64,000 nt of DNA from positions 736,001 to 800,000 of the forward strand of contig CAVRQT010000002.1 in NCBI GenBank assembly GCA_963723515.1, read 5' to 3'. The notes under the pieces are model-generated. The model was not told where the DNA came from, ran no database searches, and worked only from the letters and a program-made list of their open reading frames with translations. The stretch is from Vulcanimicrobiota bacterium (GTDB lineage Bacteria > Vulcanimicrobiota > Vulcanimicrobiia > Vulcanimicrobiales > Vulcanimicrobiaceae). A program made the position numbers and the translations under genes. Below, piece by piece: positions 51,503 to 61,711 of the stretch (position 1 is the first letter of the stretch; every line of letters begins with the position of its first letter).

Positions 51503-51696
51503 CGGCGAAACCGGCGGATGTAGAAGAGGTAGCGCACGAAGATCGTGAGCATCCCGACGATGATGCTCGCGAGCATCAAGACGATGATCGGATTGTAATG
51601 CCGAGGAAGCAGCATCGCATTGAGCACGCTCAAGAACGCGACGAAGAGTACGATGAAAAGCACCAAGAATCCGATCTCTGCTTTGATGCCGGTCAC
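51499..51696 (-). CDS. small 2-TM membrane protein
   Basis: 65 aa, two hydrophobic helices, basic tail; ATGA overlap with the TrmH gene. Confidence 0.6.
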   Translation of the reverse strand: MTGIKAEIGFLVLFIVLFVAFLSVLNAMLLPRHYNPIIVLMLASIIVGMLTIFVRYLFYIRRFRR

Positions 51697-51755
51697 GATG
51701 CGCTCTTGCGGCGTCGCGCAGGCGTTCCCTCGCAGCGAGAAAATTTACCGCAATC

Positions 51756-52304
51756 GTGACTGAAGAGCGACCGCAAGTCATTTCCTCGGAGCCGGTTTTT
51801 GAGGGGCGCGTCTTCAACGTGCGGGTTGACGTCGTCAGACAGAACGGTAAGGCGTGCCGCTATGACATCGTCGAGCACCCGGTCTCTTACGCGATCGTTG
51901 CGCGGCCCCAAATCGATAAAGTACTGCTGATCCGGCAGTATCGGCATGCTACGGGCGGATATTTGTGGGAGTTGCCGGCCGGATCTTCGGAGCCCACTGA
52001 AGAGGCAATTGACGGCGTTCGGCGCGAGCTCCGAGAGGAGACGGGCTACTCGGCGGAGTCCGTTCGCGAAATTCTCTCGACGTACATGACGCCAGGTTTT
52101 TGCACGGAAGTGATGCGATTTTTCGTCGCTGACGGGCTCACGAGCGGCCCGACGCAGTTCGATGAAGATGAAGATATCGAGACGCAGACGTTCTCGCTCG
52201 CCCAAGCAATCGAAATGATCCGCAACGGCGACATCGTCGATGCAAAATCGATCGTCGGATTGCTCTACTTCGAGCGGTTTGCGCACGGCAGCGTAAGCGC
52301 GTGA
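51756..52304 (+). CDS. NUDIX hydrolase (ADP-ribose pyrophosphatase-like)
   Basis: RQYRH, ELPAG..E...RRELREETG Nudix box, TPG. Confidence 0.92.
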   Translation: MTEERPQVISSEPVFEGRVFNVRVDVVRQNGKACRYDIVEHPVSYAIVARPQIDKVLLIRQYRHATGGYLWELPAGSSEPTEEAIDGVRRELREETGYSAESVREILSTYMTPGFCTEVMRFFVADGLTSGPTQFDEDEDIETQTFSLAQAIEMIRNGDIVDAKSIVGLLYFERFAHGSVSA

Positions 52305-52361
52305 ATCGGGCGCCGATCGTCGTGTTCGCCACTAGGCTGGCCGCCTGGGCTAGCAGTGCGA

Positions 52362-52433
52362 GGCGACACGGTCCGCGCAGCCGACGTCGACCGCCGGTGG
52401 ATCGGCTGGCTCGCCCACTATTTGCGTTAGCGA
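52362..52433 (+). repeat. 72-bp direct repeat, copy 1 (duplicate of the 3' end of the second S9 peptidase)
   Basis: Matches 55998-56069 with 2 mismatches; offset 3636 bp. Confidence 0.92.
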
Positions 52434-52450
52434 GAAATCGCGTTTAACCC

Positions 52451-53953
52451 CATCTCGATGCCTTTGAAGTCGGCGACAACGACTATCTGAGGACGGAAGC
52501 CTCCGTTCCCTCGCATTTGTGGATCATTGCCGCCTCAGGTGGAACGGCAAAGCGGCTCACGGAGGGAACCTTCAGCCTCTCCACTGTCGATCCGGATGTT
52601 GGGTCCGAACTATCCTGGTCTGCCGACGGCCGATATATCGCCTTCAATCGTTTGCCCAATGCGATCTACGGCGACTCGCTGGGCAGCGTCATCGCATTCT
52701 ACGATTTGCGCGCGCATCGATTGCGCAGACTGACGACGCATGCCGGTTTGGAAGGTGATCCGCTGTTTGCACCACGCGGTGACTTGATCGCCTATGGAAG
52801 ACCGACGAACGGCGATACAACCGCTGGCAGCGGCGTCACGCTCACCCGCATCGGCGGCGGAAACGGTTCCGATATTCGGCGCAATCTCGATCGCAACATC
52901 GACGCCAAAGAATGGCTGCCGGATGCAAGCGGCATGTTGCTGTTCGGCATCGATGACGCGCATGATGCGGTGTGGATGCAACCACTGAATGGCTCGGCAC
53001 AGCGTCTTCCGCTTGGAAGCCTGAACATCGCGCAATCCGGCAACATTGCACCCAGCGGCGCGATGCCGTTCGTCGCAACACGCTCGAACCACCCATCCGA
53101 GCTGTTCTACCTGCCATCTTTGCGCGGCAAGCCGGTCGCGCTCACAAACGCAAACGGCTTCATCGATGCTCTGTCGCTCGGTCATGTTGCGACCGTGACG
53201 TGGCGCGGGCCAAATGGCTTCATAGAAGACGGCGTCCTGACGACGCCACCCGGATTTGTAAGAGCGCGACGCTATCCGCTCGTCTTGCTGATTCACGGCG
53301 GACCGCAGTCGGCTTCCACGGAGAATTGGAATACGCGCCGCCTGTTGATTGCGTCGCGCGGTTATGTCGTCTTCGAGCCAAATTATCGCGGAAGCACGAA
53401 TCTGGGCGATCGATACGAGCGCGCGATTTCACGCGATGCGGGTGAAGGGCCCGGCAAGGACGTGATGGCCGGCGTTCAGAGGGTACTGCAAATGGGCTTT
53501 GTCGATCCCAACCGCATCGCGGTTTCGGGATGGTCGTACGGCGGTTACATGACGTCGTGGCTCGAGGGTCATTATCATCTCTGGAAAGCAGCGGTTGCCG
53601 GCGCGGCGCTCAACGACTATTTCGATGACTACAACGTATCGTTTTACGTGAAGACGGATGTGCCGTGGTTTCCAGGGCCGCCGACAAACCGAAAATTTGC
53701 ATGGATGTGGTGGCAGCAATCGCCGCTGGCATACGCCGCACAAATCAATACGCCGACGCTTATCTTGCATGACACCAGCGACAACAACGTGACGATCACG
53801 AATTCGTACAAGATGTACCATGCCCTTAAGGATCGCAACGTTCCGGTCGAGTTTATCGGGATTCCGGTCGAGGGACACGTTCCATCGGATCCGGTGCGTT
53901 TGGAAGATGTGAACCGCTATTGGATCGGCTGGCTGGACAAGTACTTGAAGTGA
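52451..53953 (+). pseudogene. 5'-truncated S9 family peptidase (dipeptidyl/acylaminoacyl peptidase)
   Basis: HGGP, NYRGS, GWSYGG, D and H triad intact; homology to the neighbour begins abruptly at HLDAFEVGDNDYL with no signal peptide or first propeller blades. Confidence 0.7.
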
Positions 53954-56066
53954 AATACCGCCACGGCGAAACGATAAAGCATCACGGCGAAATGCTGAAC
54001 TGTCACGTTGAGCCCGTCGAAGCGCCACGATTAGGGCTGCCCTTCGACAAGCTCAGGGTGACAGGCATTACATTGCCACTCGTTACGGCGATATTTTTCA
54101 TTGCTGCCTTAGCGCCCGCACAGGCTCGCAAAATACAACTCGAGGACTTCAACCGGATTATCAATGTCTCTGATGTGCAGATTTCGCCGAACGGCAAGCA
54201 CATCGTATATCTTCAAGGGCGCGCGAATTTGAAGGACGATCGCTTCGAGCAACGGCTTATGCTATACGACCTCGCGACGCGGTCCGAACGGCCGTTGACG
54301 CTCGAACGACGGGGCCTAGGCTCGCCGCGGTGGTCGCCGGACAACTCAAGAATCGCATTCTTGGCATCCGCTGCGCCGAAGCGCGAACCGCAGCTTTTCG
54401 TTTTAGATCTGCGCGGCGGCGACCCGATGCGAATCACCAGCGCCCAGCGCGGTGTTGAGCAGTTCGCATGGCGGCCGGATTCGCAAGCGATCGCGTACGT
54501 TACCGCGGACGAGCCGGCAAATCAAAAGCAGATCGAAAAGCACCACGATCTCTTTGTCGTCGGCGACCAAGATTATCTCTCGACGCAGAGACCCACGCCA
54601 AATCACATCTGGCTCATCAACGTCGACGGTACCGGGAATCGACGCTTGACGTCGGGCCAGTGGAGTCTGCCGGGAAGCGAGCCGCCGAGCTCGCCCGCCT
54701 CTCCAATTTCGTGGTCCCCAGATGGTCGCTCGATTGCATTTACAAAGATGCCGAACGCCTATGACGCGGACAGTGATTTCGCGATCGTCGCCACAATTGA
54801 GATCGCAACCGGCACAATACGGCCCTTTACATCGCACGGAAAGCTCGAAGGTTATGGCGAGTACTCGCCGGACGGCAGTAAGGTTGCGTATTGGTATCCA
54901 TACAACGGTGACGGTGCCGCGCAAAACGACATCTACGTTGCGCCGGCCGAAGGCGGCGATGGAAACGATATTACTAAGGACGACATCGATACGAACGTTG
55001 AGCGCGCAATCTGGATGCCGGATTCAAAATCGCTGCTCGTCTCCGGACATAAAGGCACCGACGCAGCGCTCTGGATCAAGCCGCTTAGCGGACCGGCACG
55101 ACGCCTTTCATTGAACGGCGTTCAGCCGGTCCAGGCGTATTGGCTTGACGCGAGCGTCAGCAACAACGGGGCGCTTGCGTTTGCAGCCACCGAGCCGCAC
55201 CATCCAGTCGAGCTTTACTACATGCAAAGCTCGAACGCTGAACCGATCCGTCTCACAAACCACAACGATCCGATCGCTGCACTCGATCTCGGCAAAGTCG
55301 AATCGATCTCGTGGACCGGACCAAATGGATTTCAAGAAGACGGTGTATTGACATATCCGCCCGATTTTGTCGCCGGCAAACGCTACCGCTGGTGCTGAAC
55401 ATCCACGGCGGTCCGAATTCCGCGTCGATCGCGAGCTTTGGCGGCTTCTCGCAACTGCTTGCGGCGCACGGCTGGCTCGTCTTCTCACCGAATTATCGCG
55501 GAAGCGACAACCTTGGTGAAACGTATTGGCACGCGATCGTCGGCGACGCTGGTGATGGTCCGGGCAAAGATGTGGTTGCCGGAGTCGAAGCGATCAAGCA
55601 AAAAGGGATTGTCGATGACTCGCGCATCGCCGTTTCCGGATGGTCGTACGGCGGTTACATGACATCGTGGCTGATCGGACATTACCACTTCTGGAAGGCC
55701 GCGGTTTCCGGAGCAGCGGTGAATAACCTGATCGATCAATACGCCTTAGCTGACAATGGCGTGGGATGGCGCTACGAATTTGGTGGTAGGCCATGGAGCA
55801 GCCCGAAGATCTTCGCGCAATATCGCGCTCAGTCGCCCATCACGTACGCGTCGAACATCACCACGCCGACGCTGATCTTAAGCGACACCGGCGACGCACG
55901 CGTGCCGATCACCGAATCGTATGCGATGTTTCGCGCTTTGCGCGACCACCATGTGCCGACGCGTTTCTTTGCCTATCCGGTTGAGGGGCATTTCCCCGGC
56001 GACCCGGTCCGCGCAGCCGACGTCGACCGCCGGTGGATCGGCTGGCTCGCCCGCTATTTGCGTTAG
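53950..56066 (+). CDS. secreted S9 family peptidase (frameshift near 55390)
   Basis: WSPD propeller repeats, HGGP, GWSYGG, DARVP, EGHF; start uncertain. Confidence 0.9.
54001..54064. repeat. REP-like inverted doublet
   Basis: TGTCACGTTGAGCCCGTCGAAGCG ... CCCTTCGACAAGCTCAGGGTGACA. Confidence 0.85.
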
Positions 56067-56069
56067 CGA
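55998..56069 (+). repeat. 72-bp direct repeat, copy 2 (coding)
   Basis: See 52362-52433. Confidence 0.92.
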
Positions 56070-56077
56070 CGGCGCGT

Positions 56078-56461
56078 TTACGTCCGAGCGGCTCGGCGCG
56101 GCTCCTCTTTTTGACCGGCTTTGGCGACCTTCAAGAGTGATGCAAAGGCGGCACCATCGCTAACCGCGAGTTCAGCAAGCGTCTTGCGGTTGAGCGTGAC
56201 GCCCGATTTCTTCAAGCCGTTCATGAAGACGCTGTAGGTCATGCCCTCTTTGCGCGCGGCGGCATTGATCCGGCTGATCCAAAGCGAGCGGAAATCGCGC
56301 TTGCGAACGCGCCGGTCGCGGTACGCGTACGCGAGCGAGTGCAGAAGCGCTTCGTTTGCAACGCGGTAATTGCGGCGCCGTGCCGCACGAAAGCCCTTGA
56401 CGAGCTTCATGACTTTGCGCCGGTGTTTGATGCCGCCAACACCGCGCTTGATGCGTGCCAT
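56078..56461 (-). CDS. rplT: 50S ribosomal protein L20
   Basis: MARIKRG, AYRDRR.RKRDFR.LWI.RINAA. Confidence 0.99.
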   Translation of the reverse strand: MARIKRGVGGIKHRRKVMKLVKGFRAARRRNYRVANEALLHSLAYAYRDRRVRKRDFRSLWISRINAAARKEGMTYSVFMNGLKKSGVTLNRKTLAELAVSDGAAFASLLKVAKAGQKEEPRRAART

Positions 56462-56475
56462 CTCTCTTTATCCTC

Positions 56476-56682
56476 CTACACCAAGTATGGAATCGTCGGC
56501 GCCAAACGCTTTAAGTCGCCCTTGAAAATCGGTTGGTCTTTGCGGAATTTCCGCTTGCGTTTGCGCGTCTTCTTGCTAAGAATGTGACCGCAACCGCTGA
56601 ATTGATGGCGGTGCGTTACCTTGCCGGTCGCACTAACCTTCACGCGTTTTGCGGTACCACGGTGGGTACGGATCTTAGGCAC
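56476..56682 (-). CDS. rpmI: 50S ribosomal protein L35
   Basis: MPKIRTHRGTAKR...HILSKK. Confidence 0.97.
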   Translation of the reverse strand: MPKIRTHRGTAKRVKVSATGKVTHRHQFSGCGHILSKKTRKRKRKFRKDQPIFKGDLKRLAPTIPYLV

Positions 56683-57247
56683 TGGTCGCTTCCTTTACCT
56701 TAGTGTTCTGAGGAGAAAATTTCGGTGGTCCGGTCGGCACCGCGCGGGGCGCCAAAATCATAAACATGTTTTTGCCTTCGAGTCGTGGCTCGCGTTCAAC
56801 CGTTGCGATCGGCGCCATGTCGACGACCATGCGATCGAGCAGGCGGCGTCCGAAGTTGGCGTACGTGATCTCTCGCCCGCGAAACATGATCGTCACTTTG
56901 ACTTTCCCGCCGTCCATCAAGAGCCGCTCGGCCATTCGCGCTTTCGTCTCGTAGTCGTGCGTCTCGATCTTCGGGCGAAGTTTGACTTCCTTTAACTCCC
57001 AGTTTTTCTGCTTGCGGCGAGCATCTTTATCTTTCTTCGATTGCTCGTACTTGAGCCGGCCGTAGTCGCCGATTTTGCAGACCGGGGGACTCGCGTTCGG
57101 AGAAACTTCGATCAGATCGAGCCCTGCCGTCCGCGCCGCATCTTGCGCCTCCTCCGTCAACATGATCCCAAGTTGTTGACCGTCTTCGCTGATCACGCGA
57201 ACTTGTCGCACACGGATCTGGTCGTTCACTCGCAGCGGTTTTGCTAT
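56675..57247 (-). CDS. infC: translation initiation factor IF-3 (ATA start)
   Basis: NDQIR...PPVCKI.DYG..KYE, KEVKLRPKI..HDY; AAGGAG RBS 7 nt before ATA. Confidence 0.97.
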   Translation of the reverse strand: MAKPLRVNDQIRVRQVRVISEDGQQLGIMLTEEAQDAARTAGLDLIEVSPNASPPVCKIGDYGRLKYEQSKKDKDARRKQKNWELKEVKLRPKIETHDYETKARMAERLLMDGGKVKVTIMFRGREITYANFGRRLLDRMVVDMAPIATVEREPRLEGKNMFMILAPRAVPTGPPKFSPQNTKVKEATSA

Positions 57248-57299
57248 CCTTACTCTCCTTTTACATTGCGTTGAACTAACGCTCAACGCTTGCCGCCAA

Positions 57300-57410
57300 A
57301 TAAAAAATGGCGCCGCCGAAGCAACCCCACTACTGAAAAGAACCTGCCGGCGGTCCCTTCGTGAAGACCGGATCGCTCGAGAGCATCCGGTGAGGATTGC
57401 GTTTGCATCC
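57300..57410 (-). ncRNA. L20 leader-like cis-regulatory RNA
   Basis: 5' UTR of infC-rpmI-rplT with GCAATCCTCAC/GTGGGGTTGC pairing, CTCACC and GGCAGGTT segments resembling the Firmicute L20 leader, and a U-rich end. Confidence 0.6.
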
Positions 57411-57425
57411 CACTTCGGCTCGGGC

Positions 57426-57455
57426 AGTATAACAGGAGGCCTTCGGGACTGTCAA
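57426..57455 (-). promoter_or_regulatory. infC operon promoter
   Basis: TTGACA-N18-TATACT with TG extension. Confidence 0.85.
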
Positions 57456-57472
57456 ACGCCAAAGTGCCCGCG

Positions 57473-57982
57473 ATGGATGAACCGAGTACGGGCGAGCACG
57501 AGCTTTCCGGAAAAGCCGCAGCCTTGCCGCCGTGGATGCCGCTCGCGCTGCTCTGGGCGGAACGGCTGGTTTTCTTCGTGGTCGGCGTGCTGTTGTTTAT
57601 CTCCGCGCTTGTCTTAGCGTTCAGAAGCATCCAAGTCTTGGGCCAGCTCTTCAACGGCACGGTATCCGATACGGTCTCGTTTACGGCCGAATTCTTGGAT
57701 ATGGTCCTGCTGATCTTGATGATCGTTGAAATTGCGTACACCGTCTCGCTTTCGTTGCGCGGCGCGATGTTGCGTGCGCAACCTTTCTTGATCGTCGGAC
57801 TGATCGCGGTCATTCGGCGCGTGCTCGTGCTCACAGTGCAAGAAGTGCGCGACCGAGGAACGCCCGTCGCCGGCGGGTTGATTTCACGTCCAAACATCGA
57901 ACTGGCGGTTCTTGCGCTGGTGGTAATGGTCTTCGTGCTGGCGATCTATCTGCTCAGAAATAAGGAACCGCTGCACGAATAG
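57473..57982 (+). CDS. phosphate-starvation-inducible PsiE family membrane protein
   Basis: LLILMIVEI..TV, PFLIVGLIAVIRRVL. Confidence 0.8.
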   Translation: MDEPSTGEHELSGKAAALPPWMPLALLWAERLVFFVVGVLLFISALVLAFRSIQVLGQLFNGTVSDTVSFTAEFLDMVLLILMIVEIAYTVSLSLRGAMLRAQPFLIVGLIAVIRRVLVLTVQEVRDRGTPVAGGLISRPNIELAVLALVVMVFVLAIYLLRNKEPLHE

Positions 57983-57984
57983 CG

Positions 57985-59197
57985 CTAGCGCGCTTCAGTA
58001 AGTACCTCTTCTAAGGTCGCGGCGAGAAACTCGAGCTCGGGTCGTTCGATAATCAGCGGCGGAGCGATGCGCAAGACGTGCTCATGGGTCTCCTTTGCGA
58101 TGATGCCTTTCTCCAGCAGACGTTCGGCGAGGAAGCGCGCCGAGCCGAAGACTTCGATTCCGATCAGCAAGCCGCGTCCTCTGACTTCCTTTATAGACCG
58201 GCCTTGCAGCGCGATGAGGCGCTGATGCAACATGGCTCCCGATTCCCGCGCGCGCTCGGGAAGCCGCTCATCCACGATAACATTGATGGCCGCTTCGGCG
58301 ATCGCGCACGCCAATGGATTGCCGCCGAAGGTGCTGCCATGTTCGCCGGGCCGGAAAAGCAGCATCAGGTCGCGACTGGCAAGCGTTGCCGAAACTGGAT
58401 AGACGCCACCGCCGAGCGCCTTGCCGATGGCAAGAATGTCCGGCTTGACGCCGTCATGATCGCACGCAAAGAGATCGCCGGTTCGGCCGAGGCCGGTTTG
58501 AATTTCATCGGCGACAAAGAGCACATTGCGTTGCGTGCACAGCTCGCGCGCGGCGCGCAGATAGCTGGCCGGCGGCACGAGAACCCCGCCCTCACCCTGA
58601 ATGGGTTCGATCAAAATCGCTGCCGTTTGCGGTGTGATCGCCGCTTGAAGCGCGGCGATGTCGCCGTACGGAATGTTGACGAAGCCGGGTGCGAACGGTC
58701 CGAAACTGCGGCGGTAGTTTGGTTCTGACGATGCGCTGATTGCCGCCAGCGTGCGTCCATGAAAATTGTTGGCAAAGACAACGATCTCGGCGGAGTTTTC
58801 AGCGATGCCTTTGCGGTCATAAGCCCAGCGCCGTGCGAGCTTTATGGCCGTCTCGATCGCCTCAACGCCCGTATTTGACGGCAGCGCCATCTCGTAGCCG
58901 CAAAGGTGCGTCAGCTTCTCGAGAAATTCACCCAGGCGTGCGTTGCGAACGGCACGCGAGACGAGCGAAACGCGTTTCGCTTGCTCACGTCAGAGCCGCA
59001 ACGATGCGAGGATGCGCGTGGCCTTGATTGACCGCGGAGTAGGCGCTGATGCAATCGAGATAGCGATTCCCGTCGACGTCGTAGAGCCAAACGCCATCGG
59101 CTCGGGCGATGACGACGTTTAGTGGATCGTAATTGTGCGCGCCGTATTTCTCTTCGAGATCGACGAACTGTTGCGTATGCGGGTTGGCCGTGTGCAT
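57985..59197 (-). CDS. rocD: ornithine--oxo-acid aminotransferase (frameshifts near 58900-58990)
   Basis: [61 protein letters not shown]. Confidence 0.93.
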
Positions 59198-59290
59198 CGC
59201 TGCTGGACTTAAGGACGGCGCAGGCCGCTCCTTTTTCGGCTCGCAAGCAGGGCGAAGGCGCGCGCAAATGTCATACGTTAAGCGTTGCAG

Positions 59291-60139
59291 ATGATTTCAG
59301 GAACTCAGGCGCAGGCGCGCCGCATCTTCGATCGCGATACCGCCGATCTCCGGGAAGAAGGCCGCTCGCTTGTGCTATCGCATGGCGAACGGCGTTCGAA
59401 GGCGGCGTTGCTGCTGCACGGAATGACCGCAAGCCCGTGGCAGTTCATTGAAGTCGCCCGTTCGCTTCACGAGCGTGGATATAACGTCGTCGTGCCGCGT
59501 CTGCCGCGACACGGCCATCGCGATCGTCTGACGAACGTGCTGGTCGATCTCTCTTCCTCCGAATTGAAAGCGACGACGCAAAGCGCGATCGAGTTCGCGC
59601 GCGACTTAGGCAGTCGCTTGACCGTCATCGGTTTTTCGCTCGGCGGTCTTCTCGCAGCCTGGGCTGCGCAGCACTATGCAATTGAACGAGCGGTCTGTAT
59701 CGCTCCATTTCTCGGCGTGGCGCTCGTCCCATCGCACATTGCGCGGCATGCTTCGCGGATCGCATTGCGCCTGCCGAACTGGTTCGGGTGGTGGGATCCG
59801 ATCCGCAGGGAACGCCAAATGCCGGCCCACGGGTATCCGCGGTACTCAACGCACGCCGTGGCGCGCGTGCAGCAGTTCGCCGGTGAGGTGTTAGAGGAAG
59901 CGCGCTGTGAACCGCCGCGCGCAAATTCGGTGCTCTTCGTCACCAATGCGCGCGAAATGACGGTCAATAATGCGCAAACGCGAAAGCTTGCCGAGCGGTG
60001 GCGCAACCACCGTTCGGCAGTCATTGAGATGTTCGAGTTCAAAGATCTCCCGTTTTGCCATGACATCATCGAGCCGTCCAGACATCCCGGCGTAACGGCG
60101 CGCGTCTATCCCAAACTGTTGCAACTGATCGATCGGTGA
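59291..60139 (+). CDS. alpha/beta hydrolase (esterase-like)
   Basis: LLHG, PRLPRHG, GFSLGG, HDII. Confidence 0.85.
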   Translation: MISGTQAQARRIFDRDTADLREEGRSLVLSHGERRSKAALLLHGMTASPWQFIEVARSLHERGYNVVVPRLPRHGHRDRLTNVLVDLSSSELKATTQSAIEFARDLGSRLTVIGFSLGGLLAAWAAQHYAIERAVCIAPFLGVALVPSHIARHASRIALRLPNWFGWWDPIRRERQMPAHGYPRYSTHAVARVQQFAGEVLEEARCEPPRANSVLFVTNAREMTVNNAQTRKLAERWRNHRSAVIEMFEFKDLPFCHDIIEPSRHPGVTARVYPKLLQLIDR

Positions 60140-60695
60140 AGCGTCGCTGTGCTTGGGCGCGCAGCGATCTCATGATCGCCTACCACGATGGCGAGTGGGG
60201 CGTGCCGGTGCATGACGATCGAACGCATTTTGAATTCCTGATCCTTGAGGGCGCGCAGGCCGGCCTGAGCTGGGAAACGATCTTGCGAAAACGGGATGCG
60301 TATCGCAAAGTCCTTTGCCCAGTTCGATCCGAGACGCGTCGCGCGATTTCACCGATGCGAAGATCGAACGGCTCTTAGGCGACGCCGGCATCGTGCGCAA
60401 TCGCGCCAAGATCGAGTCGGCACGCGATAATGCCCGCGCTTTTCTGAGCGATTCAAAAAGAGTTCGGCAGTTTCGACGCTTACGTTTGGCGTTTCGTCAA
60501 GGGAAAGCCGGTCGTCAACCGCCCGAGAAAGCGGCCGACGTTCCGTCCAAGACGCCGCTCTCGGATGCACTAAGCAAAGACTTACGCAGCCGCGGTTTTC
60601 GATTCGCCGGCTCGACGATCTGCTACGCGTACATGCAAGCCGTCGGCTTGGTCGACGACCACGCCGCTGGCTGTTTCCGCGCCAAGCGCCGCTAG
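60136..60695 (+). CDS. tag: DNA-3-methyladenine glycosylase I (2-3 frameshifts)
   Basis: RCAW, YHD.EWG.P, LEGAQAGLSW, IVRNRAKI, RGFRFAGSTICYAYMQAVG...H...C. Confidence 0.92.
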
Positions 60696-60699
60696 AGTC

Positions 60700-61599
60700 A
60701 TGCTTCTGCAACCGCCGTCGCGTCCGGCCGCAACGTACGATGAAGCGTTGCAGCGCGTTCGCGCGATGCAGGCGCTCGACGACGGTTCGATCTTGCCCGA
60801 AGCCGGCACGAAGCTCTACGACCATGGACGGCGCACGCCGCTGGTCGCTGTATTGTTGCACGGCTTGACGAATCACGCCGGCCAATACCGCGACTTTGCA
60901 CCCCAGGTCCATGCGCAGGGCGTGAACGTCTTCGTTCCGCGTCTTCCGGAGCAAGGCGACCGCAATCGAATGACGACGCGCCTTGCGACCTTGACGGCGG
61001 AAGATCTCTTGCGAAGCGCAACGGAGGCGGTCGACATCGCACAAGGTCTTGGCGAGCGCGTAGCGCTGCTCGGGATCTCAACGAGCGGCCTCTTGTGTGC
61101 GTACTTCGCGCAGTGCCGCAACGATATCGCGCGCTCGATTCCGGTCAACCCAGTCTTCGCAATGCTGCACTTTCCCTATTTGCTGAGCCGTTTGATCGCC
61201 GCAATCGCTCTCAAACTGCCGAACGTCTACATGTGGTGGGATCCGCGCTATAAGATGAAAGAGTTGCCGCAAACCGGCTACCCGCGCTTTCCGACGCATG
61301 CGCTGGCGCAATGTCTTCGCATCGGCGACGACGTCTATGCTGTAGCCAAGCGGCAACCGATGCGCGCGCAGTCGGTGGTCATGGTAACGAATAAGCGAGA
61401 CCCCGCGGTCAATAACTCCGCAACGCGGCAAGTTGTTCGCGCGTGGCGCAAACGAACGCCCGAGCGCGTTCAGAGCTACGAATTCACGAACTTACCGGTC
61501 AACCATGACATCATCGATCCGCAGAATTCTCAGCCGCGTACCGACATCGTCTATCCGGTTTTGCTATCCTTGATCATGCAGACGCCCTCGGCGGCATAA
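60700..61599 (+). CDS. alpha/beta hydrolase, paralog of 59291-60139
   Basis: LLHG, PRLP, GISTSG, WWDP, GYPR, HDII. Confidence 0.85.
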   Translation: MLLQPPSRPAATYDEALQRVRAMQALDDGSILPEAGTKLYDHGRRTPLVAVLLHGLTNHAGQYRDFAPQVHAQGVNVFVPRLPEQGDRNRMTTRLATLTAEDLLRSATEAVDIAQGLGERVALLGISTSGLLCAYFAQCRNDIARSIPVNPVFAMLHFPYLLSRLIAAIALKLPNVYMWWDPRYKMKELPQTGYPRFPTHALAQCLRIGDDVYAVAKRQPMRAQSVVMVTNKRDPAVNNSATRQVVRAWRKRTPERVQSYEFTNLPVNHDIIDPQNSQPRTDIVYPVLLSLIMQTPSAA

Positions 61600-61612
61600 A
61601 GGAGAATCGATC

Positions 61613-61687
61613 GTGCGCACTTTGCTCATCCTGGCGCTCGCGCTGACCTTGACAACCGCTTGTTCGAACAACGCGGCGCGGCGATGA
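61613..61687 (+). CDS. 24-aa micro-lipoprotein or truncated lipoprotein gene
   Basis: AAGGAG RBS, GTG, MRTLLILALALTLTTA-CSNNAARR*. Confidence 0.4.
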   Translation: MRTLLILALALTLTTACSNNAARR

Positions 61688-61711
61688 AGTGAAAGCGGGC
61701 GGCGTAACGCG

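Noticed and set aside
52362..56069. Firm diversity-generating retroelement call
   Set aside because: Only two mismatches, no reverse transcriptase in the window, and the target is not a typical DGR ligand-binding fold
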